Shown one piece after another: positions 8,318 to 18,642 of a stretch of DNA of 64,000 nt. The position numbers and the translations under genes are program-made. The stretch comes from an uncultured Gammaproteobacteria bacterium (GTDB lineage: Bacteria; Patescibacteriota; Patescibacteriia; UBA1558; 2-01-FULL-52-15), in contig CAYOCJ010000001.1 in the NCBI GenBank assembly GCA_964402565.1, forward strand, positions 568,823-632,822, written 5' to 3'. The notes beneath the pieces were generated by a model. The model made no database searches, was not told where the DNA came from, and saw only the letters and a program-made list of their open reading frames with translations. Every line of letters starts with the position of its first letter. Positions within the stretch are counted from its first letter, which is position 1.

Positions 8318-9814
8318 CTACTTAATGTGAAAAATTTTGAGCTTGGTCAGCGCCTTTTCTGCAAGATGCAAACGATCCTTGCTTTCCGCATAGAGCGTAA
8401 ACAATCGCTCTCCTTTTTTAACATGCGTGCCATATTCTTTATTTAAATACAGTCCCGCTAATTTGACCGAGGGTGCGCCAAGAATGCGGCAGACATAATT
8501 AATGCCTTTATTATCAGTAAAGATTATTTTGCCGCTCTTGGGGGCTGTATAGTACTTCTTGTGAGCGCCAAGCGTGATGTCTTCTGAATCAATATCAGGA
8601 TCTCCGCCTTGTTCCTTGATGATCTGCTGCATTTTTTTCCATGCTCTGCCGCTGTCCAGGACTTTCCAGGCAATAGTTGCACCCTGGCCTTTCTTGCAGT
8701 AGTTGATCATTTCAAGCAATTGACCTGCCAAGTGAACGGCTTTTGCGGCGAGGTCGCCAGGGCGATCTTTTTTCTGCTGCAGGACCCGCAACACATCTCG
8801 TGCTTCAAGGGCCGGACCAACGCCGAAGCCTACCGGATCAGAGGTTTTGATGATGCTCACAATGACCTTGATGCCGAAACGTTTGCCGATCGTGATGAAT
8901 TTCTCCTCCAGCATTCGCGCGGTCTTCATATCCGGAATCTTCGTCGTCGGTCCAACCGGCATATCAATAATCAGGTGGTTGACACCGGTAGCAACTTTCT
9001 TGGCCATGATCGAGACGATCATTTTGCTGTACGGCTCAAGCGACAATGGATAGCTTACTTTCAGTATCTTGTCATCCGCCGGCGCTAAACTCAATCCGCC
9101 ACCCCACACCAGGCATCCGTTGGTCTTCTTCACGATTCGTTTTATGTCCTGCACAGAGTGGCTCACGGGAGCAAGGACTTCCATAGTGTCGGCAGTTCCT
9201 GCTGGCGACGTTATCGCTCGAGATGATGTTTTCGGGATCTTGATGCCCAACGATGCAATGATAGGTATGACGACCATGGTCGTGCGATTGCCCGCAAGGC
9301 CTCCCACTGAATGCTTATCAACGACAAGACCCGGGAATTTCAAAGTGTCGCCGGTCTCAGCCATAGCCTTGGTCAGATAGTACAGCTCATCGTCCGTATA
9401 ATCATGCATGAAACCCGCAGCAACAAAATAGGTGATCTGCACTTTATTCAGCTGATCGGTGACTATGTCTGAAATAATGGAGTAGATCTCTTTATAGTTA
9501 AGCCTTTTGCCCAGCAAACGTTTCTTGATAGCCTGGACCGAACGCGCTGTCTCCTGAAAATTTACCTCGGCAATGGCATTATCTTTGATCTTGGTATTAT
9601 TCTCCCAAATGTCCTTGTAGATGCCGATGTGACCCGGCCGTACGCGCTCCTTGCTCGTATTGGCCGAAGCGATAAAGGTCGCACCATTGATAACTACTTT
9701 CAGCGTATCTCCTGCGTGAATGCCATAATGCCACGCTTCTTTCTCATTCAACATAACGATCTTCATCGATCCGGTCTCGACATCAAGCTTTTTAACCTTT
9801 AAAAAATATGACAT
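8318..9814 (-). CDS. AMP phosphorylase (nucleoside monophosphate phosphorylase; thymidine phosphorylase superfamily)
   Basis: DKHSVGGLAGN and KTSSRAITSPAGTADTME, plus the extra N-terminal domain (~500 aa total) typical of AMP phosphorylases. Confidence 0.9.
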   Translation of the reverse strand: MSYFLKVKKLDVETGSMKIVMLNEKEAWHYGIHAGDTLKVVINGATFIASANTSKERVRPGHIGIYKDIWENNTKIKDNAIAEVNFQETARSVQAIKKRLLGKRLNYKEIYSIISDIVTDQLNKVQITYFVAAGFMHDYTDDELYYLTKAMAETGDTLKFPGLVVDKHSVGGLAGNRTTMVVIPIIASLGIKIPKTSSRAITSPAGTADTMEVLAPVSHSVQDIKRIVKKTNGCLVWGGGLSLAPADDKILKVSYPLSLEPYSKMIVSIMAKKVATGVNHLIIDMPVGPTTKIPDMKTARMLEEKFITIGKRFGIKVIVSIIKTSDPVGFGVGPALEARDVLRVLQQKKDRPGDLAAKAVHLAGQLLEMINYCKKGQGATIAWKVLDSGRAWKKMQQIIKEQGGDPDIDSEDITLGAHKKYYTAPKSGKIIFTDNKGINYVCRILGAPSVKLAGLYLNKEYGTHVKKGERLFTLYAESKDRLHLAEKALTKLKIFHIK

Positions 9815-9830
9815 GCGTGCTCAATAATCA

Positions 9831-11711
9831 TTAATTAGTTTTAGAACTAAATGCATACAGGGCCGATACCTTGATCAGGCCGTCAGCATCAGTCGTATAC
9901 GCAAACGCCCGCGTCTGAAGCGTATCCGAGGGGTTGAGCTGGGTATAGGCGGCAAGCGCGTCCTTTTCAATCTGCATGAATTTCGCACGATCCGTGACGA
10001 TCAAACCAGTGTAATTCGCATTTATCCGCATGGTCACCGCAGCATCAGGCGTCGCATTCGGGCGTACTTCATAGGTGGCGATGGTCTTATCCATGAAAGA
10101 TGCCAGCAGGTAAGTCCCCGCTTTTTCCTGCTCTGAGACATAGACAGGGAAATTATCATTCCAGAGCTGCGCCGCTAAGTAGTCTGCAATTGCAGCATTC
10201 AAGGCATCTGGCGTCGGGTCTGCATGCGTTGGCGAACTATCGCTCAAGTGCTTTATGATAAGGTCTTTGGTAGCTCCATCAATAGAGATGACTTTGTCGA
10301 TCTGATATGTCTGGCGTTTGCCCGGAAGGCCGCCTTTTTGCACTGCTTCAGGCGATAAACCTACTGAAAAATTGAATGAAACATTATTAAGCACTTCTGT
10401 GGCCGTTATTGCCGGCGTTGTTGTGGCCACAGGACCAGGATTCACATCCAGAATGGGCGGCAAGTCCGGCGGAGGCGGTGCTGGTGTTGCATATTTCAGC
10501 CAAGCGAACCAACCAACGAGATTCAAGAGGATGAAAAAAACAACCGCCAGTGCAATAGTACGCTTCTTATCTCTGCTCATCGGCCTTGCCTGCCCATTCT
10601 CCTCTTGCGCTGCACTCGTTGGAATTTTCTTTATATCAGGAATCCAGTCGTTTTCTTTATGCTTCAAAAAGTTAATGGCATCGCTGCGGTCGCCAAGCGC
10701 GATGCGTGCTAGTCCCAACACATTCAAAAAAGTCGGCGCATACCATTCTTGCGTATCAATTTTAAAGAGTGGCGATGGTGCAGCGACGGTCGTCGGCAGA
10801 CCCAAATTCGATGAAAAGTAATCATCGATCCCTGCGAGAGACGCGGTACCCCCGGCAAGAAGAACTCTGTTCACGGCAGTGCCCGTTTTTCGTTCATAGA
10901 ACTTGATGAAGACCAGTAATTCGTCTTTGAGAGGCTGTACTTGGCCCTGAATGATGAGCATTTCGGCACCGTCGCCAGAGCCGTTCGCTGAACGCAAACC
11001 GCTGGCCATTTTTCTCTGTTCCGCTTCATTCTGGCTGATCTTCAACTTTTCTGCGAGCGCTGAGGTGATATTATTGCCGGCAATATTGATATTGATCGAT
11101 TCCTGCAATGCCCCTGTTCTAAAAATTGACGCTATCGTTGTCCGTGCACCGATATCAAGCAAAAGGACTGTCTCATCAACGCGTTCATCAATGGTCGCCA
11201 TCGCCAGCGCAAGGGATTCGAGCGTTACCAGCGAAACCTTCATTGATAACCCCTGAAATAACGTTACATATTCTTGAAGCAGCGGTGCATTCGTCGCAAC
11301 GAACAGATATTCTTTTGTATCACCAAGCGTCCGCAGCATACTAAAATCCGCAGCGATTTGTTTCGCGTCGAGCGGCATAGTCTGGACCGCTTGCGAGAAC
11401 AGAGCGGATGGAATTTGCTTCGCCGGCAGTTTCGCACCGATCGAAAGCGTTTCTACGTATACGCGCGACTCGGGCAACGTTATCACTACCTCATGGGCCG
11501 AGATCGGCGTTGGCTGGGCTTGCGCCAAAAGCTGCTTCACGGCTGCGCGAAGCTTATCCTGATCTATGATCTTTCCATCCTCAATGATGCCGCTTTCAAG
11601 TACTATCCTCGACTGGCTTTTGATCCGCAGGCTGCCTTTTTCTCTCAATAATTCAAGAGCCTCAATGGAAAAATCAGAAATATTTATTGCACAGGTCTTT
11701 CGTTCTAACAT
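9831..11711 (-). CDS. pilM: PilM-like actin-fold protein fused to a PilN-like motif, TM helix and extracytoplasmic domain
   Basis: LLDIGARTT, IAGNNITSAL, VLLAGGTASL; then AINFL, a TM segment IALAVVFFILLNLVGWFAWL and a Pro-rich linker. Confidence 0.85.
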   Translation of the reverse strand: MLERKTCAINISDFSIEALELLREKGSLRIKSQSRIVLESGIIEDGKIIDQDKLRAAVKQLLAQAQPTPISAHEVVITLPESRVYVETLSIGAKLPAKQIPSALFSQAVQTMPLDAKQIAADFSMLRTLGDTKEYLFVATNAPLLQEYVTLFQGLSMKVSLVTLESLALAMATIDERVDETVLLLDIGARTTIASIFRTGALQESININIAGNNITSALAEKLKISQNEAEQRKMASGLRSANGSGDGAEMLIIQGQVQPLKDELLVFIKFYERKTGTAVNRVLLAGGTASLAGIDDYFSSNLGLPTTVAAPSPLFKIDTQEWYAPTFLNVLGLARIALGDRSDAINFLKHKENDWIPDIKKIPTSAAQEENGQARPMSRDKKRTIALAVVFFILLNLVGWFAWLKYATPAPPPPDLPPILDVNPGPVATTTPAITATEVLNNVSFNFSVGLSPEAVQKGGLPGKRQTYQIDKVISIDGATKDLIIKHLSDSSPTHADPTPDALNAAIADYLAAQLWNDNFPVYVSEQEKAGTYLLASFMDKTIATYEVRPNATPDAAVTMRINANYTGLIVTDRAKFMQIEKDALAAYTQLNPSDTLQTRAFAYTTDADGLIKVSALYAFSSKTN

Positions 11712-12143
11712 CTAATCAAGTATATCTTTATAATCGATAATGGTAAATGGGTTCGTCGCGATATTCACGTTCGTATTGGTCCTTCCGACCATGCTTCCGC
11801 CCAAAGCACTGGTAGTTGTAGCACTTGCATTGATCGTGCGGGTATTGCCGGAGCCGGCGATAATTGCCGTGCAATGCGTATTCGTGTCACCTGAGTTGAC
11901 ATTCAGGCTGACAGCGCCCGATACTGTATTATCCCTTCTGAGGCGCGCTAAAGCATTATTGACGCACGAGGACGTTAGATTTCCGACCTTGCTCGCTGAT
12001 AAGCGTGAATCACTTGCTATGGCCTCATCAGCATTCATGAGCGCGATAGAAAGGCCATAAATCAAAATGAACGACGTGATGATCATGACTGAGATCAGCG
12101 CTATAATACCCCGATTCGCATGAGATGCACGAGTCGTGCTCAT
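11712..12143 (-). CDS. PilX/GspK-like minor pilin
   Basis: NRG|IIALISVMII: prepilin cleavage site lacking Glu5; SSCVNNALARL. Confidence 0.75.
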   Translation of the reverse strand: MSTTRASHANRGIIALISVMIITSFILIYGLSIALMNADEAIASDSRLSASKVGNLTSSCVNNALARLRRDNTVSGAVSLNVNSGDTNTHCTAIIAGSGNTRTINASATTTSALGGSMVGRTNTNVNIATNPFTIIDYKDILD

Positions 12144-13873
12144 GGGCTTTTCCTGAATGCTGAAGTACTGCTTGTCGTGTAGGTTGCTAAGTTAAAATTT
12201 GAAGGCAATGCCTGGCTGTCATAGCCCACATTAATAGTCGTTTCTATAGCCTGCCTGGAACCGACGGTCGTAGTAGCAAATACTAGCCCTCCGGACAATA
12301 CGCGCGCCCGTGACCGATCGACCAAATCAAATGTTTCAGTGTGGGAGCTTAATGGCGGAACATCGCAAGACGAGTTTCTTCCCGCACTCGGATAATTCTG
12401 ATAGCACACTAATTGAACCCCGTATTGGTATGGCACGAGGGCGCCGCTCGTTCTCAAGCGTTTCTGAGTCCCGCTTGAATCAGATCCTGAATATATATAC
12501 TCGCCGTCGAGCACCATGCCTCTGACATCATCGGTGTCAAGAAGTGTGCCTATAATCATCCCAATACCGCTATCGCTAAACGGTCCATCGGCGGCACATG
12601 GAGCTCCATCTCCGGTACACGGCGCCAGGTCAGAAAGCTGCCGTTTTTCTATAAGCAACTCATTTACGTTTCCAAAAAACTCACCTCCGGTGAACATGTA
12701 ATTGCTGTCAATGACCATCGACCACGGAAGAGCTGCGCCTATTACTGAATAGTCTGTCAAAACAGTAGAGCCATCGGTCAATGACACTTTCGCGACATAC
12801 CAATCGTAGTATGAATCATACCCTGCCGCATAAATATAGGATGAATTAACGGCGATTGCGGTACCAGCGCTTGAGAAGGTATCGTATACCTCGCCATAGA
12901 CCGATCCGAACCCGCCGACAACATCGCCGGTTGAAAGTGTCCGTTTGACTATAACTGATCCGTCATGGTTCACGCCGGGAAAACCGCCAGTGTGGTAATA
13001 ATAATCTCCGATAAGGTACATATACGTCGAGTCAATATCAATGCCCCACAAATATCGAAAAGAATTCCCCGTGAGCGAAAGGACTCCGCCGTGTACAAAA
13101 TTCGGATCATATGCACCGCTAATTTTACTTCTTTTTTCTATGCGCCAATCATTCCCGTCATCACCCGCGATATACAGATAGTCCGAGTCCGTTTTCATAC
13201 TATGGATCGTGGCGCCGCCAGTGCTCTCGACGTATCCGTCAGAGTCGAAGCCAGTATCCAGAGTTCCGGTTGCGGCATCTCTCTTTTCAATGGCGAAGTA
13301 GAGCACGCCCTGTCCGCCGATATACAAATTACCGCTGTCATACACCAAACTTCGAATGCTAACAGCACTGGTAAGTGTTCCGAGGGTGCCGAAATGCTTT
13401 TCAAGCGACAGGTCTGACTTTCTGCGCTTCGTAATCTGATTGCCATATGCCGTGTAAATATAGGTTCCATCCATGGCTATAGCTTGAGCGCCCGGCGTCT
13501 CTGAACCGGTGGTGCCCGCAGGCTTTATTGCAATTGCGTTCGTTTCATAATCCCCAGCACAGCCCGGAGGTAAAAATTTGAGTGATGATGTCGCGAAATA
13601 GAGATATAAGGTAGATGGGTCTGTATAACACTTATTACCGGAGCTGTCAGTGACAAAACCATCAGAATTCCTTACCAAAAAATTAACTAAGGACAACACA
13701 CGTGAAGCCGCGGCATGCATATCGCTGGTGATAGAAAAACGCAGCCGGGAGCCCTGTATAATAAAAGCGATATTGGAAAGCGCGACCAGAATGAAGGCCA
13801 GCACGCCAACGTAAATAATGAGCTCTACCAGCGAAAAACCCTTTTGGATCTTTTTTTTGAAAGGAAGCTTCAT
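12140..13873 (-). CDS. PilW/GspJ-like minor pilin with an inserted beta-propeller-like repeat region
   Basis: QKG|FSLVELIIYV; repeated (Y)IYxxG...IEKRxxxTG..D..F..G units. Confidence 0.85.
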   Translation of the reverse strand: MKLPFKKKIQKGFSLVELIIYVGVLAFILVALSNIAFIIQGSRLRFSITSDMHAAASRVLSLVNFLVRNSDGFVTDSSGNKCYTDPSTLYLYFATSSLKFLPPGCAGDYETNAIAIKPAGTTGSETPGAQAIAMDGTYIYTAYGNQITKRRKSDLSLEKHFGTLGTLTSAVSIRSLVYDSGNLYIGGQGVLYFAIEKRDAATGTLDTGFDSDGYVESTGGATIHSMKTDSDYLYIAGDDGNDWRIEKRSKISGAYDPNFVHGGVLSLTGNSFRYLWGIDIDSTYMYLIGDYYYHTGGFPGVNHDGSVIVKRTLSTGDVVGGFGSVYGEVYDTFSSAGTAIAVNSSYIYAAGYDSYYDWYVAKVSLTDGSTVLTDYSVIGAALPWSMVIDSNYMFTGGEFFGNVNELLIEKRQLSDLAPCTGDGAPCAADGPFSDSGIGMIIGTLLDTDDVRGMVLDGEYIYSGSDSSGTQKRLRTSGALVPYQYGVQLVCYQNYPSAGRNSSCDVPPLSSHTETFDLVDRSRARVLSGGLVFATTTVGSRQAIETTINVGYDSQALPSNFNLATYTTSSTSAFRKSP

Positions 13874-13876
13874 ACC

Positions 13877-16800
13877 TTATTCGAAATCAATCTGGACATC
13901 GTATAGCGTCGGCGTATCGAGATTCGAGGCGCAATTCGTAAGATCAGCCCGATACTGGAAGAAACGTTTCCCCTGTAACGTACTATCTCCTGAAAGATCT
14001 TGAGACACACTGCTCCCGCTTCCGGAATATGCAGTAGCAGATGCCCATGGCGTCGACGTAGAATAATCAGCAGTAGGTCCCGTATTAGTTCCGCGCACTT
14101 TCAAGGTAAGCGCACAGCCGGTCGGAATATTTTGAGACCAGGTTATCCTGAGCGCATTACGCTGGACGACGGCAGCATAGGTAGATACATCGATCGACTG
14201 GGATACCAGATACCCGGAACCTGCGTAATTCAGAACCACGGTGCCTGGCTGCGTGGTGAAGCTCCAGCTTGTGGTATCAGCTATTCCGGCATACGCGTTT
14301 GACGAGGCATCGAGAAATGCGTAGGCATCGATCTGTATATAATACTCTGTATTGCCAGCCAAAGTGACAGACGGGTCGATGGTTATCGTATTGGTACCGC
14401 TGCCAGTAACCTGGCTTAAGCCAGCGTCAATAGCCTCAACTGATGAATCATCTGATGTTTTTTTAATGTACACAAAATAACCTGCTTGAGCTGTAACAGC
14501 CTCGCTAAACGTAAGCACTAAATTCGTGGTTGCTGAAATACCAGTAGAGTTGTCTACCGGAGAGAGCGTATTCACCGTCGGAGCAGTATTGTCGACAACC
14601 GGTATCAATAGCGTCGCAGGCGTTGCCTGATCATTTGAAAAATCGTTGACCGTCAGGCGCAGACAATACGCCCCGCCATTTGCTGATGCAGCATCGGTCC
14701 CGCTTTTCCAGGCAAAATTTAAGGTATTTGCTCCGGATGCAGTCTTGATCTTCTTCGTAGAAGCCGTACCTATCTGGTAGCTATTGGAGTTATTCAGGTC
14801 GACGGTTCCATTGGTATCATAGTACGACGCCGTAATAGGACCTCCATTCAGCTGTTCCGGATCTGGCCCTGCAAGGGTAGCCTTGGTCCAAGATCCAGTA
14901 CATGAAGAGCCGCTTTGGTATTCAATTAATGCTTTTGACAAGTCGCCATTCGGATCATTCACGGTGATGTTAACGGGGATAATACCGGATGAATTAGACG
15001 GTGCCGACCCCCAGGTACCGGTAGGACGATTGTCGAAGGTGACACTGGTCTTACTAACCGTCGTAGCAGTGTTACCAGCTAAATCAGTTGCGTCGAATGC
15101 AAAAGTATAAATAGTGCCATTGACCAAGGTTGGTGCACTGGTACAACCAGAGCTCATATTAAAATTATTATGTCCTCCGGTATTCAGTGCAGCGCCTGTA
15201 AGCGTGCAGGTTTGATTGCTTGCTGCTGTACCGCCAGTGCGCGTCATGACGATCGTGCCACTTGCGATCGCTTCACTCAAGGTATAGCTCACATCTGATG
15301 ATGTGGTCACACTATCGATGGTCGAGCTGGAGTTCGGTAATACGCCCGATATAGTCGGCGATGTGGTGTCATAGGTCACACTGGTCCGTGAAACCTGTGT
15401 CGCCGTATTGCCTGCGGCATCAGTTGCATCAAAGTTAACTGTATAAATCGTGCCGTTGACTAGCGATTGCGCACTGGTACAGCCATTGGTCGTGTCGCTC
15501 AAATCAAGGTTATTATGTGCTCCGGAGTTCAAGGCAGTCCCCTTCAATGTACACGTGTGAGTAGTCCCATCAGTCGTACCACCAGTACGAGTAAAGACAA
15601 TGGTACCGCTCGTGATAGCCTCGCTTAAGGTATAACTGACATCAGATGAGCTCGTGATGCTGTTAATAGAGGTGCTCGATGCTGGCAATACTGATGAAAA
15701 TGCAGGCGCTGTAGTATCGTAGGTGACGCTTGTCGCAGATACTGTTGTTGCAGCATTTGCAGCGGCATCTGTGCCGTTAAATGCGAAGGTGTATACAGCG
15801 CCATCGACCAGCGTCTGCGCAATGCTGCAGCCATTGGTCGTATTCGTCATATCGAAGTTGTTATGCGCTCCGCTATTCAGCGCAGTACCGACCAAGGTAC
15901 AGGTATGCGGCGAAGATCCGTCTGATGTGCCCGATGTTCTGGTGACGGTGATGGTACCGCTTGCTATTGCTTCGCTTAAGGTATAGCTGACATCTGAAGA
16001 ACTTGAAATACTATTAATAGAGGTGCTTGATGCTGGCAAGGTCGAAGAAAAAACCGGAGCTGTTTTATCTGCAACAGTCGTAATCATAGGATAATGCGGA
16101 TAGCTATCGAGCGCAGTGCCTCCTGATTTTACTACTTTGAAACAATAATTTGTGCTTGCTGGCGTTCCATTATCGATCAAAGCATAGTCCCACATACCAT
16201 TGCCATTCAGTAGCATGGTATCGACGCTATCAGTGAAGTTATTCGCTTCTTCATAGGTTTGCTTATGTATCGTCTCTGATCCATGCGTCGGGTCGCTTGC
16301 ATTACTGGTAAGCGTAGCGCCATCGGCCGGAGAATTTGCAGTATTATAGGCAACGAGAGTCGAACTGGTGACATCAGTGTAGCTGGATGGTGTTCCTCCG
16401 GATGGTGACGCACAAGTGCCAGAGCCTTTATCCACGTACTGCAGTTTAAAATCCTGACCATTCTTGTACAACGGAGAGCTTGACGCGTGAACCAGTTCAC
16501 GCAGTCTGAACTGCTGGCCATTCGTGGTCAATGAGCCATTCGTATCCTGGGAAGCCAGCGCACTTCCCACGTCGGTCGAAGCAGCATTTGCAAAAAATCG
16601 AAACCCATCTTGAGCGTAGGTCTTCGCATGCCACGCTGCATACCGGTACGTCACGCCGCTCGAGTCTGTTTCAGTATTGTTGCCGACCGTAAAGCCATCG
16701 TTAGTGGTGGTCGTAATACGCGACGCGGCATTTGAAGTACCAGAAAAGTATTGTGTATTATCCGTTGCGATAGACCCGCTCCGGTGCACGCCTGAAACTG

Positions 16801-18640
16801 CACCGGTTTGCTTGATAAGCGTAAGATCAGGCTGGAATGTCAGCCCAGTGATCGAATGGCCGGCAGATCCTGTATACGACCCCACTTTGAAATTTGTACC
16901 GGTCTTAAATGCAAACCAGTAATAGTTGCTCGCTGACGTATTTACATTTGCATCGGTACCAAGCGTAAATCCAGCGCTATCCAGAGATGTGATAGCTCCT
17001 GAAGCAATGTCAGCAGTGGCAGCAAAATGCATAGCGACAGTACCGCCAGTGGACGATGTCTTCCAGATTCCCCATGTCGCTCCAAAACTTCTGGTGACAA
17101 GCAGATCCGGTTGGAAAGGCACCCGCGTGACGCTGCGCGCAAGTCCATTCCCATAATACACACCAATGGCAAAATCAGCAGCGCCGGTATTGGTCTCGGG
17201 ATTGAATGCATTTCCGAATGCCTGCCACCGATAGACTTGCGCATTCGTGTTCACCGTCGCGTTCGTACCAAGGGTAAAACCATCAGAATCAAGTGACTTG
17301 ATCTGATTATACGTTGCAGCAGAATTTAATGATAAATTTATTGTAGTCGTCGCAAGTAAATTCATCCTATACACGGTGCCGGATCCGGCGTCACTTTTGA
17401 TAATAACCAGATCTGGCCTAAACCCAACTCCGGTAATGGCTTTATTGTCGCTTCCGTTGCCTGTATACGAACCTGTGGCCATTGTAAAGGTTCCAGACCC
17501 CGATGGGGTACTTGCCCCTCCAATGGCAATGTAGTTATACGCAATTAAATTTGTATTTGAGTTCGCTCCCGCGCCTACGCTAAATTGCGCAGAGCCAAGC
17601 GACGTAATATGAGTTGTCGCATTCGCAGTATTAGTAAAAAAGCTCGTACTATCGCCGAAGCTTTCCGTTTCGTTAAAAACAGCGGCATTCGCTCCTGCAG
17701 ATTTTGTCATAGCAAACACTGGATTCAAACCTGTGGTAGTGATGTTTTGAGATGTGCCATTCCCTGCATACGTACCTGCAGCGAATGCACCGGATACCGT
17801 CTTAAATGCAACATAGTAATACGTTACTGCATTGGTATTTACTGCTGCTGCATTCGCTACGGTAAAACTGGTTGAGTTCAGCGAGTAAAAATTCAAATGT
17901 CCTGTTTCATTCGCGGTCGCTGAAAAGAAAGCTGCTGTTCCGGAAGCATGACTTGATGATGTCCACACGCCCTGGCCGGCCGTGGTTGCCGACTTGACCA
18001 TCACGAAGGCCGGCTGAAAACCCGTGCTGATGGTCTGGCTTGCAGCGCCATTGCCTGTATACGAACCAACGCAGAATGTACCGCTGCTCGAGCAATCTGA
18101 ACCATCAAAGGCTATCCACTTATACCGGGTAATGACGGTGGTTGTCAGTGCATTGACCCCGGCATCAGTACCAAGGGTGAATCCTCCATTCGAAGCCGAG
18201 TCCAGTGATGTGATTGCGCTGCCGAAATCTGCTGTCGCCGTATCGAGTACATTAGAATTCGTGCTGGATATAGACGTTGATTTCCAGACAACGCCTTTGC
18301 CGGCGGCAGTGTCGGCCTTGATCATGACCAGGTCGGGTGCTGAGGAAAAACCTAATCCTGAAATCGATTTCGTTGCATTTGAACCTATATAGTACCCTGT
18401 TTGAACTGAGAATGTTGCAGCTTTCGCATGTTCAACTCCGGGAAAGAGATAGCCCGAGTAGCCAAAAAACGTCCACAGCAAATGGATGAAGATCGCTGTC
18501 ACATACAAGACCGTATGCTGTATCCTCCGCACATGGCGCGCATGCAGCAAATCCATTTTTTCACCAAGCGCATGCTTCCACGTCTTTTTTCGCGATACTG
18601 TCTTTATCTTCATCTTTCTTTTTGTCTTCTTTTTTTGCAT
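13877..18640 (-). CDS. Large Ser/Thr-rich surface adhesin (six GSYTGNG..GFxPDLV repeats, three Ig-like repeats, SbsA/Big_5-like domain)
   Basis: Basic N-terminus plus hydrophobic segment ending in AKA; repeats visible in the translation; DNTAPTVNTLSPVDNSTGISATTNLVLTFSEAV. Confidence 0.85.
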   Translation of the reverse strand: MQKKKTKRKMKIKTVSRKKTWKHALGEKMDLLHARHVRRIQHTVLYVTAIFIHLLWTFFGYSGYLFPGVEHAKAATFSVQTGYYIGSNATKSISGLGFSSAPDLVMIKADTAAGKGVVWKSTSISSTNSNVLDTATADFGSAITSLDSASNGGFTLGTDAGVNALTTTVITRYKWIAFDGSDCSSSGTFCVGSYTGNGAASQTISTGFQPAFVMVKSATTAGQGVWTSSSHASGTAAFFSATANETGHLNFYSLNSTSFTVANAAAVNTNAVTYYYVAFKTVSGAFAAGTYAGNGTSQNITTTGLNPVFAMTKSAGANAAVFNETESFGDSTSFFTNTANATTHITSLGSAQFSVGAGANSNTNLIAYNYIAIGGASTPSGSGTFTMATGSYTGNGSDNKAITGVGFRPDLVIIKSDAGSGTVYRMNLLATTTINLSLNSAATYNQIKSLDSDGFTLGTNATVNTNAQVYRWQAFGNAFNPETNTGAADFAIGVYYGNGLARSVTRVPFQPDLLVTRSFGATWGIWKTSSTGGTVAMHFAATADIASGAITSLDSAGFTLGTDANVNTSASNYYWFAFKTGTNFKVGSYTGSAGHSITGLTFQPDLTLIKQTGAVSGVHRSGSIATDNTQYFSGTSNAASRITTTTNDGFTVGNNTETDSSGVTYRYAAWHAKTYAQDGFRFFANAASTDVGSALASQDTNGSLTTNGQQFRLRELVHASSSPLYKNGQDFKLQYVDKGSGTCASPSGGTPSSYTDVTSSTLVAYNTANSPADGATLTSNASDPTHGSETIHKQTYEEANNFTDSVDTMLLNGNGMWDYALIDNGTPASTNYCFKVVKSGGTALDSYPHYPMITTVADKTAPVFSSTLPASSTSINSISSSSDVSYTLSEAIASGTITVTRTSGTSDGSSPHTCTLVGTALNSGAHNNFDMTNTTNGCSIAQTLVDGAVYTFAFNGTDAAANAATTVSATSVTYDTTAPAFSSVLPASSTSINSITSSSDVSYTLSEAITSGTIVFTRTGGTTDGTTHTCTLKGTALNSGAHNNLDLSDTTNGCTSAQSLVNGTIYTVNFDATDAAGNTATQVSRTSVTYDTTSPTISGVLPNSSSTIDSVTTSSDVSYTLSEAIASGTIVMTRTGGTAASNQTCTLTGAALNTGGHNNFNMSSGCTSAPTLVNGTIYTFAFDATDLAGNTATTVSKTSVTFDNRPTGTWGSAPSNSSGIIPVNITVNDPNGDLSKALIEYQSGSSCTGSWTKATLAGPDPEQLNGGPITASYYDTNGTVDLNNSNSYQIGTASTKKIKTASGANTLNFAWKSGTDAASANGGAYCLRLTVNDFSNDQATPATLLIPVVDNTAPTVNTLSPVDNSTGISATTNLVLTFSEAVTAQAGYFVYIKKTSDDSSVEAIDAGLSQVTGSGTNTITIDPSVTLAGNTEYYIQIDAYAFLDASSNAYAGIADTTSWSFTTQPGTVVLNYAGSGYLVSQSIDVSTYAAVVQRNALRITWSQNIPTGCALTLKVRGTNTGPTADYSTSTPWASATAYSGSGSSVSQDLSGDSTLQGKRFFQYRADLTNCASNLDTPTLYDVQIDFE
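15030..16070 (-). repeat. Three tandem ~115-aa Ig-like coding repeats in the adhesin (boundaries approximate)
   Basis: Recurrent SSSDVSYTLSEAIxSGTI...TCTLxGxALNxGxHNN...DxAxNxATxVS. Confidence 0.85.
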
Positions 18641-18642
18641 AG

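Noticed and set aside
8318-9814. Ordinary thymidine phosphorylase (deoA)
   Set aside because: The extra N-terminal domain and SSRAITSPAGTAD motif indicate AMP phosphorylase.
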